This document shows positions 11,201 through 20,830 of a stretch of DNA of 58,614 nt, in pieces. The stretch covers positions 1 through 58,614 of IMG/VR virus record IMGVR_UViG_3300032305_000642. The stretch is one strand, 5' to 3'. A program made the position numbers and the translations under genes. Under the pieces are notes generated by a model. The model was not told where the DNA came from and did no database searches. It saw only the letters and a program-made list of their open reading frames with translations. The first letter of the stretch is position 1, and each line of letters begins with the position of its first letter. Source of the DNA: a virus (taxonomy: Duplodnaviria; Caudoviricetes).

Positions 11201-14200
11201 AGCTAGCTAAAGTAAAGAAAACTTCCCGTTTACCAGAAGGTGGTGCCCGAGGTGTGCGCGTTGTTGGTGCTGCAAAAGAAGGCACGATTCTTACTGAAAT
11301 TCAAGATGCAATTGACCAGCTACGTAAGGGCGAGTTTTTTGGTGGTGCTGCTGCTAGCGAAACAAATCTTGAAGGCCAATCACGCCGTTTGCTTTTACGT
11401 GGAATCCGTAACGACATATATACGCTTACTATGGCGGCTATTTCTGATATTAATATTGGGCGTAACAGCCGTAAAGAAGAAGATATGACCCGCGATGAAC
11501 GGGTAGAGTTTGGCACTATTGTTGAACAGTTGTTGCTAAGTAAAGCTGCTAGAGCTACTGGTTGGCGTGCTGCGCTACAACGGGCTCCTGAGACTGAAGA
11601 AGAAACTGCTATTTCTCAAGCCTTTAAAGACGCTGGCTTTGAATTTGGCAATAAGAGTGCGTACGAGCAGTATGTAGAAGCTATTGGTAAAGCCGGTTTA
11701 ACAGACGAAGATATTGTTGCTAACTATGGCGAAGCCAATAAACAAATTGAAAGCATCCGTAACAACCTTGATACGCTGATTGATAAGAAGAACGATCTTG
11801 AAGATAAGATAAGCACCGCTAGTGATAGAAGCGTTATTTCTACCTACAAAAAGCAAATTGATCGTTTAACTGCGTCTATTAAAGAAGCTACTAAAGAATA
11901 CGATGCCGCTAAAGCTGAGTTTGTTAGGGGCGAGAAAGAAGGTAAAGGCGAGATCCGCACAGGTATGCGCGAACAAGAGCGCATTGATATTAAAGATACC
12001 CTTGAAAAACTTAAGCAGTCGTTTGGCTCAGAGCGTGCCGAGTTTGTTGAAGCTCCAGAAATTACCGCTGACAGCATGCCTGATATTGATGGCGAGCCAA
12101 AAGAACTATCCAAGTTACGTAAAATTGCTAATGACTTCTTAGAGTCTACAAACGGTATTTTGCGTGGTTTAGGCGAAGCGCTAAACATCTTTACCCCAGT
12201 AGAAGTGCGTAAATCCAAGGATGTCCTTGACAACTTTAACAAGCAAAAGCAAACAGCTCTTGATTTCATGCGGGATGTTGCTGGCGCTAAAGAAGATAAA
12301 GCATCGTTCTTTAGTAAAGTAATTGCCGCTACCAAGAAAGATAGGGATGCCGCTGAATTAGAAACCGAAGCCAACTCATCTGAAAGTGCTGGCCCACTAC
12401 GTAAGGGCGAAACACTTATTAACAGCAGCTTGCGCCGTAAAGCCGATAAGCTACGTAAAGAAGCTGATGCACTCCGTGTAGACATTAACAAATCTGTTGA
12501 TGAAGTTATTGCACAGGTTAAAGAAACTATTGCTACTGCCGAAGGCGCTGCTAAACAAAAGCTAGATGCGGACTTTAAACAATTCTTTGACCAGTTAAAA
12601 GCCAATAACTCTGATTATCTAGAAGCCTCTCGCGCATATCAAAAAGCTCGTGATGACTACTACACTAAGAAACGAGCTGAAGCAGGCGCTGCAAGAATTG
12701 CCCAAGAAGGTAGCGATAAAGAACGTACTGCTAAGTCTATTAAAAAGGGCGAACAAGAAGGTCGTCAAAAAGTAGGTCTTGGTTTACCCGGTAAAAAGGT
12801 TGAAGCGGTTGTAACACAGACTGTATTAAGTAACTTAGCGTTTGGTAACATGGGTAAAAAAGTTACGACTATGCGTAACTTGTTCAAAGCTATTGCTGCT
12901 GCTGACAAACAGATTGGTAAGTCCGAAAATGAACGGGCTGCTGCTGTAGAAAAAGCTAAAGATGCCTACGCTAAAGAGATTATTAAAACCCGTGCCTACG
13001 CAGATCGTGAAGGCTTTGGTCTTCGTCCGGGGGAACTTGGTGATTTGTTTATCCAGCTTGCCAAAGTAGAATCAGCTTCTCCAGAAGGTAGAGCAATTCT
13101 TAAAGACATTGCCGTAATCCGCAGGCAGGCTGAAGAAGATGCTGCACGTATGGGTGTTGTGCGCCGAGCTAAAAAAGAAGTTGGTCCAAAGGGTTCTATT
13201 GAAGCTGAAGAAGAACGTAAAGCTCTTCAAGCTGAGCAGACTGAAGAATCATACCGTGCTATTGAGCGCCGTAAAAATGCTATTACTGAAAGACAACGCA
13301 AAAAAATGCGTGAAGCAGTGGAGAAAGAACTTGAAGCCGCTAACGCAAAAGAAATTAAAAAAGTACCTGATGATGCTACAGCAGCTCAAAGAAAATCTAT
13401 TAACATTGCCAACGATAAGATTCGTATTGCAAGGCAGTCGTTGCAAGCTGAGCTAGATGTTATTACCGGCGCTGATTTTGATGTTCTTAAGAAACGCGGC
13501 AACATTAGGCGTGAAGCTGCTGACAAACTTTATAAAAAATCTCCGTTTGAAAGCGCACGAGATAACGAACTAAATAGGGTTCTTAAAAAGAAAGACTTAA
13601 TTGAGACAAAAGCAACTGGTGCAAAACTTAAACCAGCTGACGAAAAATTCTTAGAGAAGAATGGTCAAGAACTTACAGAAGATGAAGAAGCGCTGCTTAA
13701 GAAAGCTGATGCCGTAGGTAAAGATGCTGTTGGATACATAGAAGAAAAAACTACCGAACGTAAAAAACAAATTGCTACTGCCGAAATTAATTTACAGAAA
13801 CCACTTAGCGAAGAAGAGAAGTTTGCTAAAACTACTGCTGGTAAAAACCAAGCGGAGCGTATTAAGCAAGCTAAAGGGCGTACAAAAGAAAAGATTCTTG
13901 CCAAAGAATTTAAAAAAGCGCTAGATGAAAATAACCTTGTAGAAGCCGGATATAAAGCGGTTGGTATTACTGAAGAAGCGTTTACAAAACTTACCCGTAG
14001 AGCCGAAGAACAACGCCTTAGTTTTTGGCTTAACGAAGCTGAAGATGCCAAGATTGACTTTGACGACTTCAAAGGCTTGGAAGAAGGCATGCGTGGTGAT
14101 TGGGATCCGCGTATTGAGAAGCCAATTACAGGTGCAGGCGTATCTTCTTCCGTTACACAACGTATTGTTGACAAGTTAAAGCTACCAAAAGGGCTCAAAG

Positions 14201-17200
14201 TTATTGTCCTTGAGAAGCTAACGCCTACATTACGTGGCGCTATTGCACAGGGTGGCTATACAGATATTCAGATTGATGGTGTTCGTGGTGGTGTAATGCC
14301 TGACGGCACAGTCTTTATTGTGGCTAATAACCATGCAGATACTAAAGACGTAGAGCGTACCCTAGCGCACGAAATTACTGGTCACTTGGGTGTTGAGAGT
14401 GTGCTTGGGCAGGCTGGTATGGATGCACTTGCTAAGAAAGTTATTGCTCAAAACGGTAGTGTTATGGAGCTGGCTGACAAGCTGGGTGTGGGCGAAGATG
14501 CTCTTGCCGCTTATATGGCTGCTAAACAAGCTGGCAAGTCTGAAGAGTTTGCACAAGCTAAAGCCCTACGTGAAGTTATTGCGCATACTGCTGAAGCTAG
14601 ACCTGACAAGACATTCCTTGGTAAAGCCAATGAGTTTATTAAAGCCTTGGTTGGTGCGTTCCGTGCTGCCTTGCGTAGGATGGGCATTAACTTAGACATC
14701 AGCACGTCTGACATCTACAAGATACTACGTGATGCTCGCAAGTCTGAGAAGATTGCCCCCGGTATATACAAAGGGCGTGATGGTGAGTACCAGTTAAATG
14801 CTGGTAAAGCTAAGTATGGTCCAGGCGGTGCGGCTATTGCTCGTGGCGTTGACATGACTATGGCTAAGCAAGCTCCGTTAAAAGACCGCTTGTTCCCAGC
14901 CAATATTGGTTTGTATCTAAAGCAGAAGTTAGTAGCTGGCTCAGCCAGCCTAGAGAAAGTCCTTGAGCTCAAGGGTATGAAGAATTCGCTAGTTGCTAAC
15001 CAGCTTAAATATTATATTGCTCAGCATGCACAGCGCTTTACGATTGCAGGTAACGCACTGACTATCGGTGTACCTGTATTGCGTCAAGAAAAAGGTGGTA
15101 AAGGTCACGTACTAGAATCTAAACCGGGCGCTAACTTGAAGAGCCTTGCTGAAGTTTTAGGCAGTATTGGTTGGGGTAACGCAGAAGGTATTCGTAACGC
15201 ATATAGCCTGTACCGTATCAGTAAGCGTGCTAAGAACGTAGGCGTAGATAAGCTGAACTTCAAGAACCCACAAGAGATGGCAAAGATGCTCAAGGAAGTT
15301 GACGCTCTTGTCGCTAATAACGAAAAGTTACGTACTGGGTTTGCAAAGGCTGACAAAATCTACGACCAGTACAACCGTGACCTGATGAACTTCTTGGTCC
15401 AGACTGGTGCTCTTCCTCAAGATAAAGCTATTGCCTTGGTTAAGAACGATGACTACATACCGTTCTACCGTACAGAGCAAGACGGTACAGTGGTGTTAGA
15501 TTTAGGTGGCGCTGAGCGTGTTCGCATTGGTAACTTAAAAGACCAGCCTTACTTAAAAGAGTTGGTTGGTGGTGACGAGCGCATTGTTGACATCTATACA
15601 GGTGCGTTGCAAAACACCAACATGCTTATTGATATGGCGTTGCATAACCTAGCTTCTCGTAACGTGGCGTTTGCTTTGGCTGACTTAGGTTTGGTAGAAA
15701 CTAGAGGCGAAAACAAGTCTAGTATTCGTTTAGGTAAAGGGCCAGCAAGCGAGAGAGTTATTCGTTTTAGCGTACAGCCGGATGAAAAGTACGATAAGAA
15801 AAACAAAGAAGGCAAAGTAATTGATAAGGATGACGGCTTCCGCCACATCATCGTAAACACTGAATCTACAGGTATTCCATCCGAGTATTTGGTTCAAGGT
15901 TTAGCTGGTGTTAATACTAGCGTGCCTACCTTGGTCAAGAGCATGGGCTTTTTCTCTCGTACTCTACGGTCATGGGTAACTAGAAACCCTGTGTATGCCG
16001 CTCGTCAGATTATTCGTGATCCGTTTACAGCAGTTATGGCTAGCGGTGTGGATACCATTCCTGTACTAACTTCTCTCAAAGCAATGGGTAAATCCATTGG
16101 TAGAATGCGTCGTGGTGAGGTTGGTACAAGTGAAATTGAGCGTCTTGGTTTAGTTAGCAGCAACGTGTTTACCGGTACATCTGAAGATATGCAGAAGATT
16201 TTGCTACAGATTACTAGCGGTAAAGGCGGTTGGGAATCGTACTTGGCTAAAGCTGACGCTTTGGCAGCGCAGGGTGATGCGGCTACTCGTGAAGTTGCGT
16301 TTAACAGTTTCCGTAAACAAGGCTTGTCTGAAATGGAAGCAGCACTGGCTACTTACGAAACGATGCCGTTTACTCAGCGTGGTACATCGTCTAGCTTGTT
16401 CTTACTATCTACGATGGTGCCGTTCCTTAACGCACAGATCCAAGGTCTGAATGTGTTGTACAACGCGTTTACAGGAAAAGCTACCTTCCAAGAGAAGCTA
16501 CGCATTAAGCAAAAGATATGGCAGCGTGGCATGATGCTGTTCGGTATGTCCATGGCTTACGCTTTGCTGATGAGTGATGACGAGGCCTACCAAAACGCTA
16601 ACGACGATGAGCGTTACAACAACTGGTTTGTGTACGTGCCGGGTATTGATGAACCTGTTCGTATACCTATCCCATTTGAATTGGGTATTCCTTTCAAAGC
16701 GTTGCCGGAAGCTATTGTTAACGTAATGCGTGGCGACAGAACTGCTGGCGAAGCGGTAAAAGCACTCAGCAAAATGATTCAGAACGCCGTACCTCTTGGA
16801 CCAAGCTCTATACCGCAAGGAATTAAAGCGCCGATTGAAGTGTTGACTGACTACTCTTTCTATACTGGTCGCAGTATTTTAGGTGAGCGTTTGAAAGATG
16901 TTGACCCAAGTGAGCGCTTTAATGCCAATACATCTGAAATAGCTAAGCTTATTGGTAAAGGCACAGGTCAAATCCCTGTGTTAGGCGAGTACTTATCTCC
17001 TGTTCAAATCGAGTACATGGTTCGTGGGTACACAGGTAGCCTTCCATTAGCTCTTGCTTCTATGACAAACCCTTTAATAGGAAGCAGTGTTGGAGAAAAA
17101 CCTACCGCTCGTGCAAGCGAAACGCCTGTCTTTGGTTCCATATTCCAACCTAAAGATGCTAGTGGTCTAATTAATCGTGCGTACAAAGACGTTCAAGCAG

Positions 17201-17466
17201 TTGAGCGTGCCGGTCAGACATACAAGAAGTTGGAAGAAGAAGGTCGTGATAAAGAAGCGGACGCTTATGCAGATCGTTTTGCAGACGAACTTTCTCTTGC
17301 TCCACTAGTGGGCAACTTTAAGAAACAAATGGGCGAACTGGCTAAAGAAGAGCGAATGATTAAGTCTGACCCTAACATGTCAGGCGCTCAAAAACGTGCG
17401 GAGTTGGATGCTATTCGCCAAGAAAGAATTGCTATAGCTAAAGATTTACTTAGCGAACGCGAGTAA
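8245..17466 (+). CDS. Giant polyvalent ejection protein (coiled coil, zincin-like metallopeptidase, C-terminal LPD38-like domain)
   Basis: 3073 aa; AHEITGHLG motif near 14365-14391; C-terminal NWFVYVPG...RIPIPFELG...LPE resembles LPD38. Confidence 0.75.
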   Translation: MPYLRLPDGSYMDVPEGVSQSEALAHAKEKYKELYKPAEKPDTGLTGAAKASYQTLKGDIAALAGRSGLMDIAEAEKYRQERQAEAKRVFKPTEEGWTEAPFLKARELLGGSLPYMAAPIAVGGAAALGGAPIAVGAGLAGLASAGQFTGSNLSRQMDEGKQLKDTDLMAAGAAAIPQAALDVVGFRFLPGIQRIFKSAGLPLTEEAAKKVLEAGTLKTVGQYVAGGAKIGGIEGATEAGQQFFERVQAGLNIADEQARKEYLESFIGGAVLGGIASPFGVAGKRGEARDVVAKAQTKRDEDAALAEEARKQTPEYKAELETQRNTLQGRITEIQSVLKDPRLDKQAVEEGKKEISDLQAQLKGIVGELKTAGAPAEETTAFSIDQAIAERKSQEEAEAAKTAEAQKVKENSESFIKEHQGLASTVDYLQTKLQNAMKEGNLAQVETFGDLLDKKNAELSQLSDLAQRAGINVRTPEAQLKSANTALRKAQKNLSDASEDADLTADKRKELIQAVKDAQASVDDLAKQISTRKEEQVSSAGLAAKQQERMQGPTKYNKTVGKQLENHLKTQRPEDPIAAQQYDAKTKDLESRVFEVLSDEEIGQPIDMAEYELKVNEMTNNRLAGLAAAATERQRAFGEMDVAQKVADDIDGGKLFNESAKMLGLPTNAGKNGRWSFSDPEEAALLLKEVSSTIDQIEKDRATSEQYGMGLPADPRLPYLEQIFEKINEVAAVEPGTLPKSKVESRRDLRYQQDKIPSAQKLFKPDLPVGEYTPKHLEKIRAELAEINRLLGYDEQNEAAKKAEKARLNRTIKKAKATIARKTASEADKKAAQKAITTAEAEKKRIDNEKVGVSKGVDLFANKKKALAEIDANIKAQQAIVDNKESSEKDVYWAKDRIAKLNIAKKSHSALKTPEQKEFLERLEKRKARLENEILDATLPIRAKGKAPKYLRIESDIETLETQLKEATAPSEIKRLQNRIVNAQTKLAKVKKTSRLPEGGARGVRVVGAAKEGTILTEIQDAIDQLRKGEFFGGAAASETNLEGQSRRLLLRGIRNDIYTLTMAAISDINIGRNSRKEEDMTRDERVEFGTIVEQLLLSKAARATGWRAALQRAPETEEETAISQAFKDAGFEFGNKSAYEQYVEAIGKAGLTDEDIVANYGEANKQIESIRNNLDTLIDKKNDLEDKISTASDRSVISTYKKQIDRLTASIKEATKEYDAAKAEFVRGEKEGKGEIRTGMREQERIDIKDTLEKLKQSFGSERAEFVEAPEITADSMPDIDGEPKELSKLRKIANDFLESTNGILRGLGEALNIFTPVEVRKSKDVLDNFNKQKQTALDFMRDVAGAKEDKASFFSKVIAATKKDRDAAELETEANSSESAGPLRKGETLINSSLRRKADKLRKEADALRVDINKSVDEVIAQVKETIATAEGAAKQKLDADFKQFFDQLKANNSDYLEASRAYQKARDDYYTKKRAEAGAARIAQEGSDKERTAKSIKKGEQEGRQKVGLGLPGKKVEAVVTQTVLSNLAFGNMGKKVTTMRNLFKAIAAADKQIGKSENERAAAVEKAKDAYAKEIIKTRAYADREGFGLRPGELGDLFIQLAKVESASPEGRAILKDIAVIRRQAEEDAARMGVVRRAKKEVGPKGSIEAEEERKALQAEQTEESYRAIERRKNAITERQRKKMREAVEKELEAANAKEIKKVPDDATAAQRKSINIANDKIRIARQSLQAELDVITGADFDVLKKRGNIRREAADKLYKKSPFESARDNELNRVLKKKDLIETKATGAKLKPADEKFLEKNGQELTEDEEALLKKADAVGKDAVGYIEEKTTERKKQIATAEINLQKPLSEEEKFAKTTAGKNQAERIKQAKGRTKEKILAKEFKKALDENNLVEAGYKAVGITEEAFTKLTRRAEEQRLSFWLNEAEDAKIDFDDFKGLEEGMRGDWDPRIEKPITGAGVSSSVTQRIVDKLKLPKGLKVIVLEKLTPTLRGAIAQGGYTDIQIDGVRGGVMPDGTVFIVANNHADTKDVERTLAHEITGHLGVESVLGQAGMDALAKKVIAQNGSVMELADKLGVGEDALAAYMAAKQAGKSEEFAQAKALREVIAHTAEARPDKTFLGKANEFIKALVGAFRAALRRMGINLDISTSDIYKILRDARKSEKIAPGIYKGRDGEYQLNAGKAKYGPGGAAIARGVDMTMAKQAPLKDRLFPANIGLYLKQKLVAGSASLEKVLELKGMKNSLVANQLKYYIAQHAQRFTIAGNALTIGVPVLRQEKGGKGHVLESKPGANLKSLAEVLGSIGWGNAEGIRNAYSLYRISKRAKNVGVDKLNFKNPQEMAKMLKEVDALVANNEKLRTGFAKADKIYDQYNRDLMNFLVQTGALPQDKAIALVKNDDYIPFYRTEQDGTVVLDLGGAERVRIGNLKDQPYLKELVGGDERIVDIYTGALQNTNMLIDMALHNLASRNVAFALADLGLVETRGENKSSIRLGKGPASERVIRFSVQPDEKYDKKNKEGKVIDKDDGFRHIIVNTESTGIPSEYLVQGLAGVNTSVPTLVKSMGFFSRTLRSWVTRNPVYAARQIIRDPFTAVMASGVDTIPVLTSLKAMGKSIGRMRRGEVGTSEIERLGLVSSNVFTGTSEDMQKILLQITSGKGGWESYLAKADALAAQGDAATREVAFNSFRKQGLSEMEAALATYETMPFTQRGTSSSLFLLSTMVPFLNAQIQGLNVLYNAFTGKATFQEKLRIKQKIWQRGMMLFGMSMAYALLMSDDEAYQNANDDERYNNWFVYVPGIDEPVRIPIPFELGIPFKALPEAIVNVMRGDRTAGEAVKALSKMIQNAVPLGPSSIPQGIKAPIEVLTDYSFYTGRSILGERLKDVDPSERFNANTSEIAKLIGKGTGQIPVLGEYLSPVQIEYMVRGYTGSLPLALASMTNPLIGSSVGEKPTARASETPVFGSIFQPKDASGLINRAYKDVQAVERAGQTYKKLEEEGRDKEADAYADRFADELSLAPLVGNFKKQMGELAKEERMIKSDPNMSGAQKRAELDAIRQERIAIAKDLLSERE

Positions 17467-17647
17467 ACATAACTCCTAACTTACCGTTAACAGTGCCTGC
17501 TTCGGCTTTTGCCAACATGTTGTGATGAAGGGCGGCGTTTAAGCCGTCTTTCTTTATGTCTGCCAAGCGCAGGGTAGGTACAAAAAAGACCCCCTTGACG
17601 GGGGTCGTAATCCAAGGATAGTGCACTTTAACTTTCTTCATCTTCAT
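17450..17647 (-). CDS. Hypothetical protein, last gene of the replication arm
   Basis: 65 aa, overlaps the primase stop and converges on the giant gene. Confidence 0.55.
   Translation of the reverse strand: MKMKKVKVHYPWITTPVKGVFFVPTLRLADIKKDGLNAALHHNMLAKAEAGTVNGKLGVMFTRVR
17582..17606 (-). terminator. Rho-independent terminator
   Basis: GACCCCC-GTCAA-GGGGGTC followed by T6 on the minus strand. Confidence 0.6.
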
Positions 17648-20495
17648 ATACAGGGCGTGTGATCTGCATCACGTTTACCCTCATGGTAGGACCACGGGTT
17701 TTGGATAGCATGTCTTTGCGCAGATACTTGATCTTGTAGTTTGGCAACTTCTCAAGTTGTTCTTTGAAGTCTTTGTAGCCGTAACTCATAGATACGCAGT
17801 GCTGTTTAAGCAGTTGCTCTTCAATGTAGTAGTCAACATGTCCGGGGGTAAACCCGTGCTCAACACGCCCAGCTACATCAGTACGAGTTAACGACTGGTC
17901 AATATCTCCATTACCGCCTAAGGTTGCATCCAGTATGCCATTAAGAAACTTAACAACCACAAACTTACCAAAGCGTTCCCGTGTGTAGGCGTTTAATACA
18001 TCCTCAGCGTTGCGCTTACTGCCGTGAATAATTCCACGTGCGCTGTATACCATAAGGCGAAGTGATTCTACGATGGGCTTGATCGGAATGTCGATTAAGT
18101 TAGCATACTTCTTGCCAAGCAGTTGTACCATGGTTAGGATGCAGGCATTGCCAGCAGTCCAGTAGCGCTCGTCATCGTTTGAATCAAACTCTTGCTTTAA
18201 CTTCTCTTGAGTCTCTTTCAGCAATGCCTTGGCTGTGTCACGGTTTTTAACTAGCCAGCGGATTAATTCTAGACCAATAACGCCATAGTTATCTTTCAAC
18301 AAGCCCAGCGTCTTACCTTCTTCGGATGTCCAGCGTAGCTTCTTGTTCATTTGCAACTCAAGGATACGGAACATCTCACCCTGTGATGCGTGCTTACGAG
18401 CGCCTGATAAGAAGTCCATAACGTGGGTATTGGATGAGAGAAGCACAAGCAGTTGCCATGTAGAGGTGTTGATACGCTCCTCGTTAGAACCCTGCTTCAT
18501 GCGGTCTTTGCCCTTACCCTGTGTTAAGTCAAGTAAGAACTCAGGCAACCACTCAAAGTCTTCACGGCTTTTGCTGGTGGTTTCGTCAATAATAAACGGC
18601 AGACTATTAAGCAAACCCTGACGTTGTTGCGATGCAACAATAGATGTACTCTGCGTTACACGATAGCGCTCAGGATGCCCGAAGAAACTAGCCGCCAACT
18701 CAAGGGTCAACGACTTACCAGTACCCGATTCCGAAGAGCCAAGGTGGTATACACAGCCGTTGTACTTGGTAAAGTTCATCAGCAAACTAGCAGGACCAAC
18801 CAAAGCCATTGCTAGGATATGCCATTCTTCTTTGGCAATAAGCATATTGAAGACCCTGCGCCAGTTGTCCAACGTACCAATCGGAATAGTAGACTGATTA
18901 ATATTATCTAAAGCTGGAGTTGGTACATACACTTCGCTACCATCTGCGGACATAATGCGACTGTTATACACGAAGGTTTTGTCAGCTTGCCAGCCACAGT
19001 TGTTTGGTACTCTGACTGCTCTCTTATTGGCACTAATAAACTCTACGCAACCACGGATGTAGTCAAACAAGTTTTTATCGTTACCTGAACCAAACGACGC
19101 AATAATGTTTTGGTTAGCCAGCGCTTTAACTGTTTCGTCTTTACTAACAATGGATTTTTGTGGAATCAAAATGTCGACTGCGCCCTCAGGTCGGAAAGCT
19201 ACTAAGTGAACCAAGTGATCGCCGTTGTTGTTAAGAACGTCTACTGCAAACAAGTCGTACGGAAGTAGCATTACCTGCTTGCGTGATTTACCACCTTGCT
19301 CGTCTTCCACCATCCTATCCATGAATACACCACCGCTTGCACCAAAATTAAAGCCTTTGGGTGGCGTTGGTCGAGTGATAGTTTGCGGCGCAATAACCGT
19401 TTCTTCTTCTTGTAATCGCTCAATTACAAATTCTTTCTGCTCATTATCTACCTTGATTTCTCGACCTAAAGCCAAAGGATTGGTAAACTTATTGTAATGG
19501 GGGCAGGTGGAACAAACGCCGGGGTTAGCTTCGTCTAATTTAAGGCAACCATAGGGTCCTTTGATCGCATGCCACTTCTCATTGTGCCGCTCAATATCAT
19601 ACGGGTGCATGGCAGACAACGCCAAACCCTCTTCTACGCCGTCATCGCAGTGCTTAGCTATACTGAGGATGCCACGCCATAAGGGTTCCATGCCGTCTTC
19701 TGTGGCGTGTTCTTTGTAGTAATTGATCTGCGCACAAGTCGTGATGTTCTTAAAGTATGTAGCGCTGTTCTCAATCAGCTTGACGCTGTTGGCATTTGGA
19801 GCCAGTTTGGGGCGTTGTCCTGGAAGTTGAAGGGCTGGTACCACCTCATAAGCATCCTCGCCTATACGCTCCTTTAACAGGGTAGAGATAGCGTCTAAGT
19901 TAAATACACTACCCTTGACCTTAATAGACACCTTGCGTGGCTTGGCTTCTTTGTAGTTGTGTGTATCAGGCACACGCAGAATACGAGCGGTATCACCAGT
20001 AACCGAAGCGTCAATATTAAAACTATGCTTCTTAGCCAGCCGCTTAAGGTTCTCTGCAACAGGTTTCCAAACAGCAATATCTACTTCTTCCTCAAGGGGA
20101 AAATACACGTGTAGCCCACCACCGCTAGATACGATCCAAGGTGTACCTAAAGTATTTAAATCCGTGTCGCCCAAGAACAAATCCAAAGCAGTAGCCGCTT
20201 GCGTTTTGTTTTCGTAATCCTTGCCTTTACCACAATCTATGTCCAAAAACAAAGATCGCATCTTTAAAGCGCTATCAGCCGTGCGCTTCTTTTTACCATC
20301 AAATGTAGCCAAGGCAAAGAAAGTGTTGTAGCCCTTTCCGTCAAATGCCATGGCAGCGTTATACAACTCGTCAATCGTGTTGACGAATACATGTTCTCTT
20401 TTAGGCGTACTAATTTCTGCGGTGCAATAAACACCCGAAGTCGGTAGTACAGCCGCTAGAAATCCCTGCGACGATACTACTGACTCTTTAAGCAT
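17628..20495 (-). CDS. Primase-helicase (AEP/RepB-like primase fused to DUF927 ATPase)
   Basis: FLDID and SSGGGLHVYF primase motifs, RILRVPDTHN; Walker A SESGTGKS, Walker B IIDE. Confidence 0.85.
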   Translation of the reverse strand: MLKESVVSSQGFLAAVLPTSGVYCTAEISTPKREHVFVNTIDELYNAAMAFDGKGYNTFFALATFDGKKKRTADSALKMRSLFLDIDCGKGKDYENKTQAATALDLFLGDTDLNTLGTPWIVSSGGGLHVYFPLEEEVDIAVWKPVAENLKRLAKKHSFNIDASVTGDTARILRVPDTHNYKEAKPRKVSIKVKGSVFNLDAISTLLKERIGEDAYEVVPALQLPGQRPKLAPNANSVKLIENSATYFKNITTCAQINYYKEHATEDGMEPLWRGILSIAKHCDDGVEEGLALSAMHPYDIERHNEKWHAIKGPYGCLKLDEANPGVCSTCPHYNKFTNPLALGREIKVDNEQKEFVIERLQEEETVIAPQTITRPTPPKGFNFGASGGVFMDRMVEDEQGGKSRKQVMLLPYDLFAVDVLNNNGDHLVHLVAFRPEGAVDILIPQKSIVSKDETVKALANQNIIASFGSGNDKNLFDYIRGCVEFISANKRAVRVPNNCGWQADKTFVYNSRIMSADGSEVYVPTPALDNINQSTIPIGTLDNWRRVFNMLIAKEEWHILAMALVGPASLLMNFTKYNGCVYHLGSSESGTGKSLTLELAASFFGHPERYRVTQSTSIVASQQRQGLLNSLPFIIDETTSKSREDFEWLPEFLLDLTQGKGKDRMKQGSNEERINTSTWQLLVLLSSNTHVMDFLSGARKHASQGEMFRILELQMNKKLRWTSEEGKTLGLLKDNYGVIGLELIRWLVKNRDTAKALLKETQEKLKQEFDSNDDERYWTAGNACILTMVQLLGKKYANLIDIPIKPIVESLRLMVYSARGIIHGSKRNAEDVLNAYTRERFGKFVVVKFLNGILDATLGGNGDIDQSLTRTDVAGRVEHGFTPGHVDYYIEEQLLKQHCVSMSYGYKDFKEQLEKLPNYKIKYLRKDMLSKTRGPTMRVNVMQITRPVYEDEES

Positions 20496-20743
20496 TCTCT
20501 TAGTGCCTCTTCAGATGATTTGCTGTTTTGTAAAATGTTCAACAAAGACTGAACACGTGTTCTATATGACGGCGTTACTTCTGTTCCGCTAAACCAGTTG
20601 TACACAGTTTGTCTTGTTGCGCCTGTAAATTTTGCTACTTCAATAACTGGAAAGTCTAAATGGATTGCCCAGCGTCCCAACTGGTTGCCCAGCGTTTTCG
20701 GGGCGGTATTTGTTGTTTGTTTTATTTCTTCTGAATAAGCCAT
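20477..20743 (-). CDS. XRE/Cro-like helix-turn-helix regulator
   Basis: VIEVAKFTGATRQTVYNWFSG. Confidence 0.8.
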   Translation of the reverse strand: MAYSEEIKQTTNTAPKTLGNQLGRWAIHLDFPVIEVAKFTGATRQTVYNWFSGTEVTPSYRTRVQSLLNILQNSKSSEEALRECLKSQ

Positions 20744-20760
20744 GTTCTTCTCGATTAGGT

Positions 20761-20823
20761 GGGGAGACAGTCTTTTTAGACTTATAACTTCGTTATCTCG
20801 TGCTGAATAGTGTCAGCCTCCCC
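20761..20823. ncRNA. Intergenic four-way-junction (cloverleaf) structured element
   Basis: GGGGAG/CTCCCC closes three perfect 5-bp hairpins (AGTCT/AGACT, ATAAC/GTTAT, GCTGA/TCAGC). Confidence 0.5.
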
Positions 20824-20830
20824 GTAAAAC

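Noticed and set aside
8245-17466. Virion RNA polymerase in the giant protein
   Set aside because: No DxDGD or T7-type polymerase motifs; DIDGG and DIDGE sit in helical low-complexity context
20761-20823. tRNA gene
   Set aside because: Too short, no TTC T-loop or D-loop consensus, central loop only 3 nt
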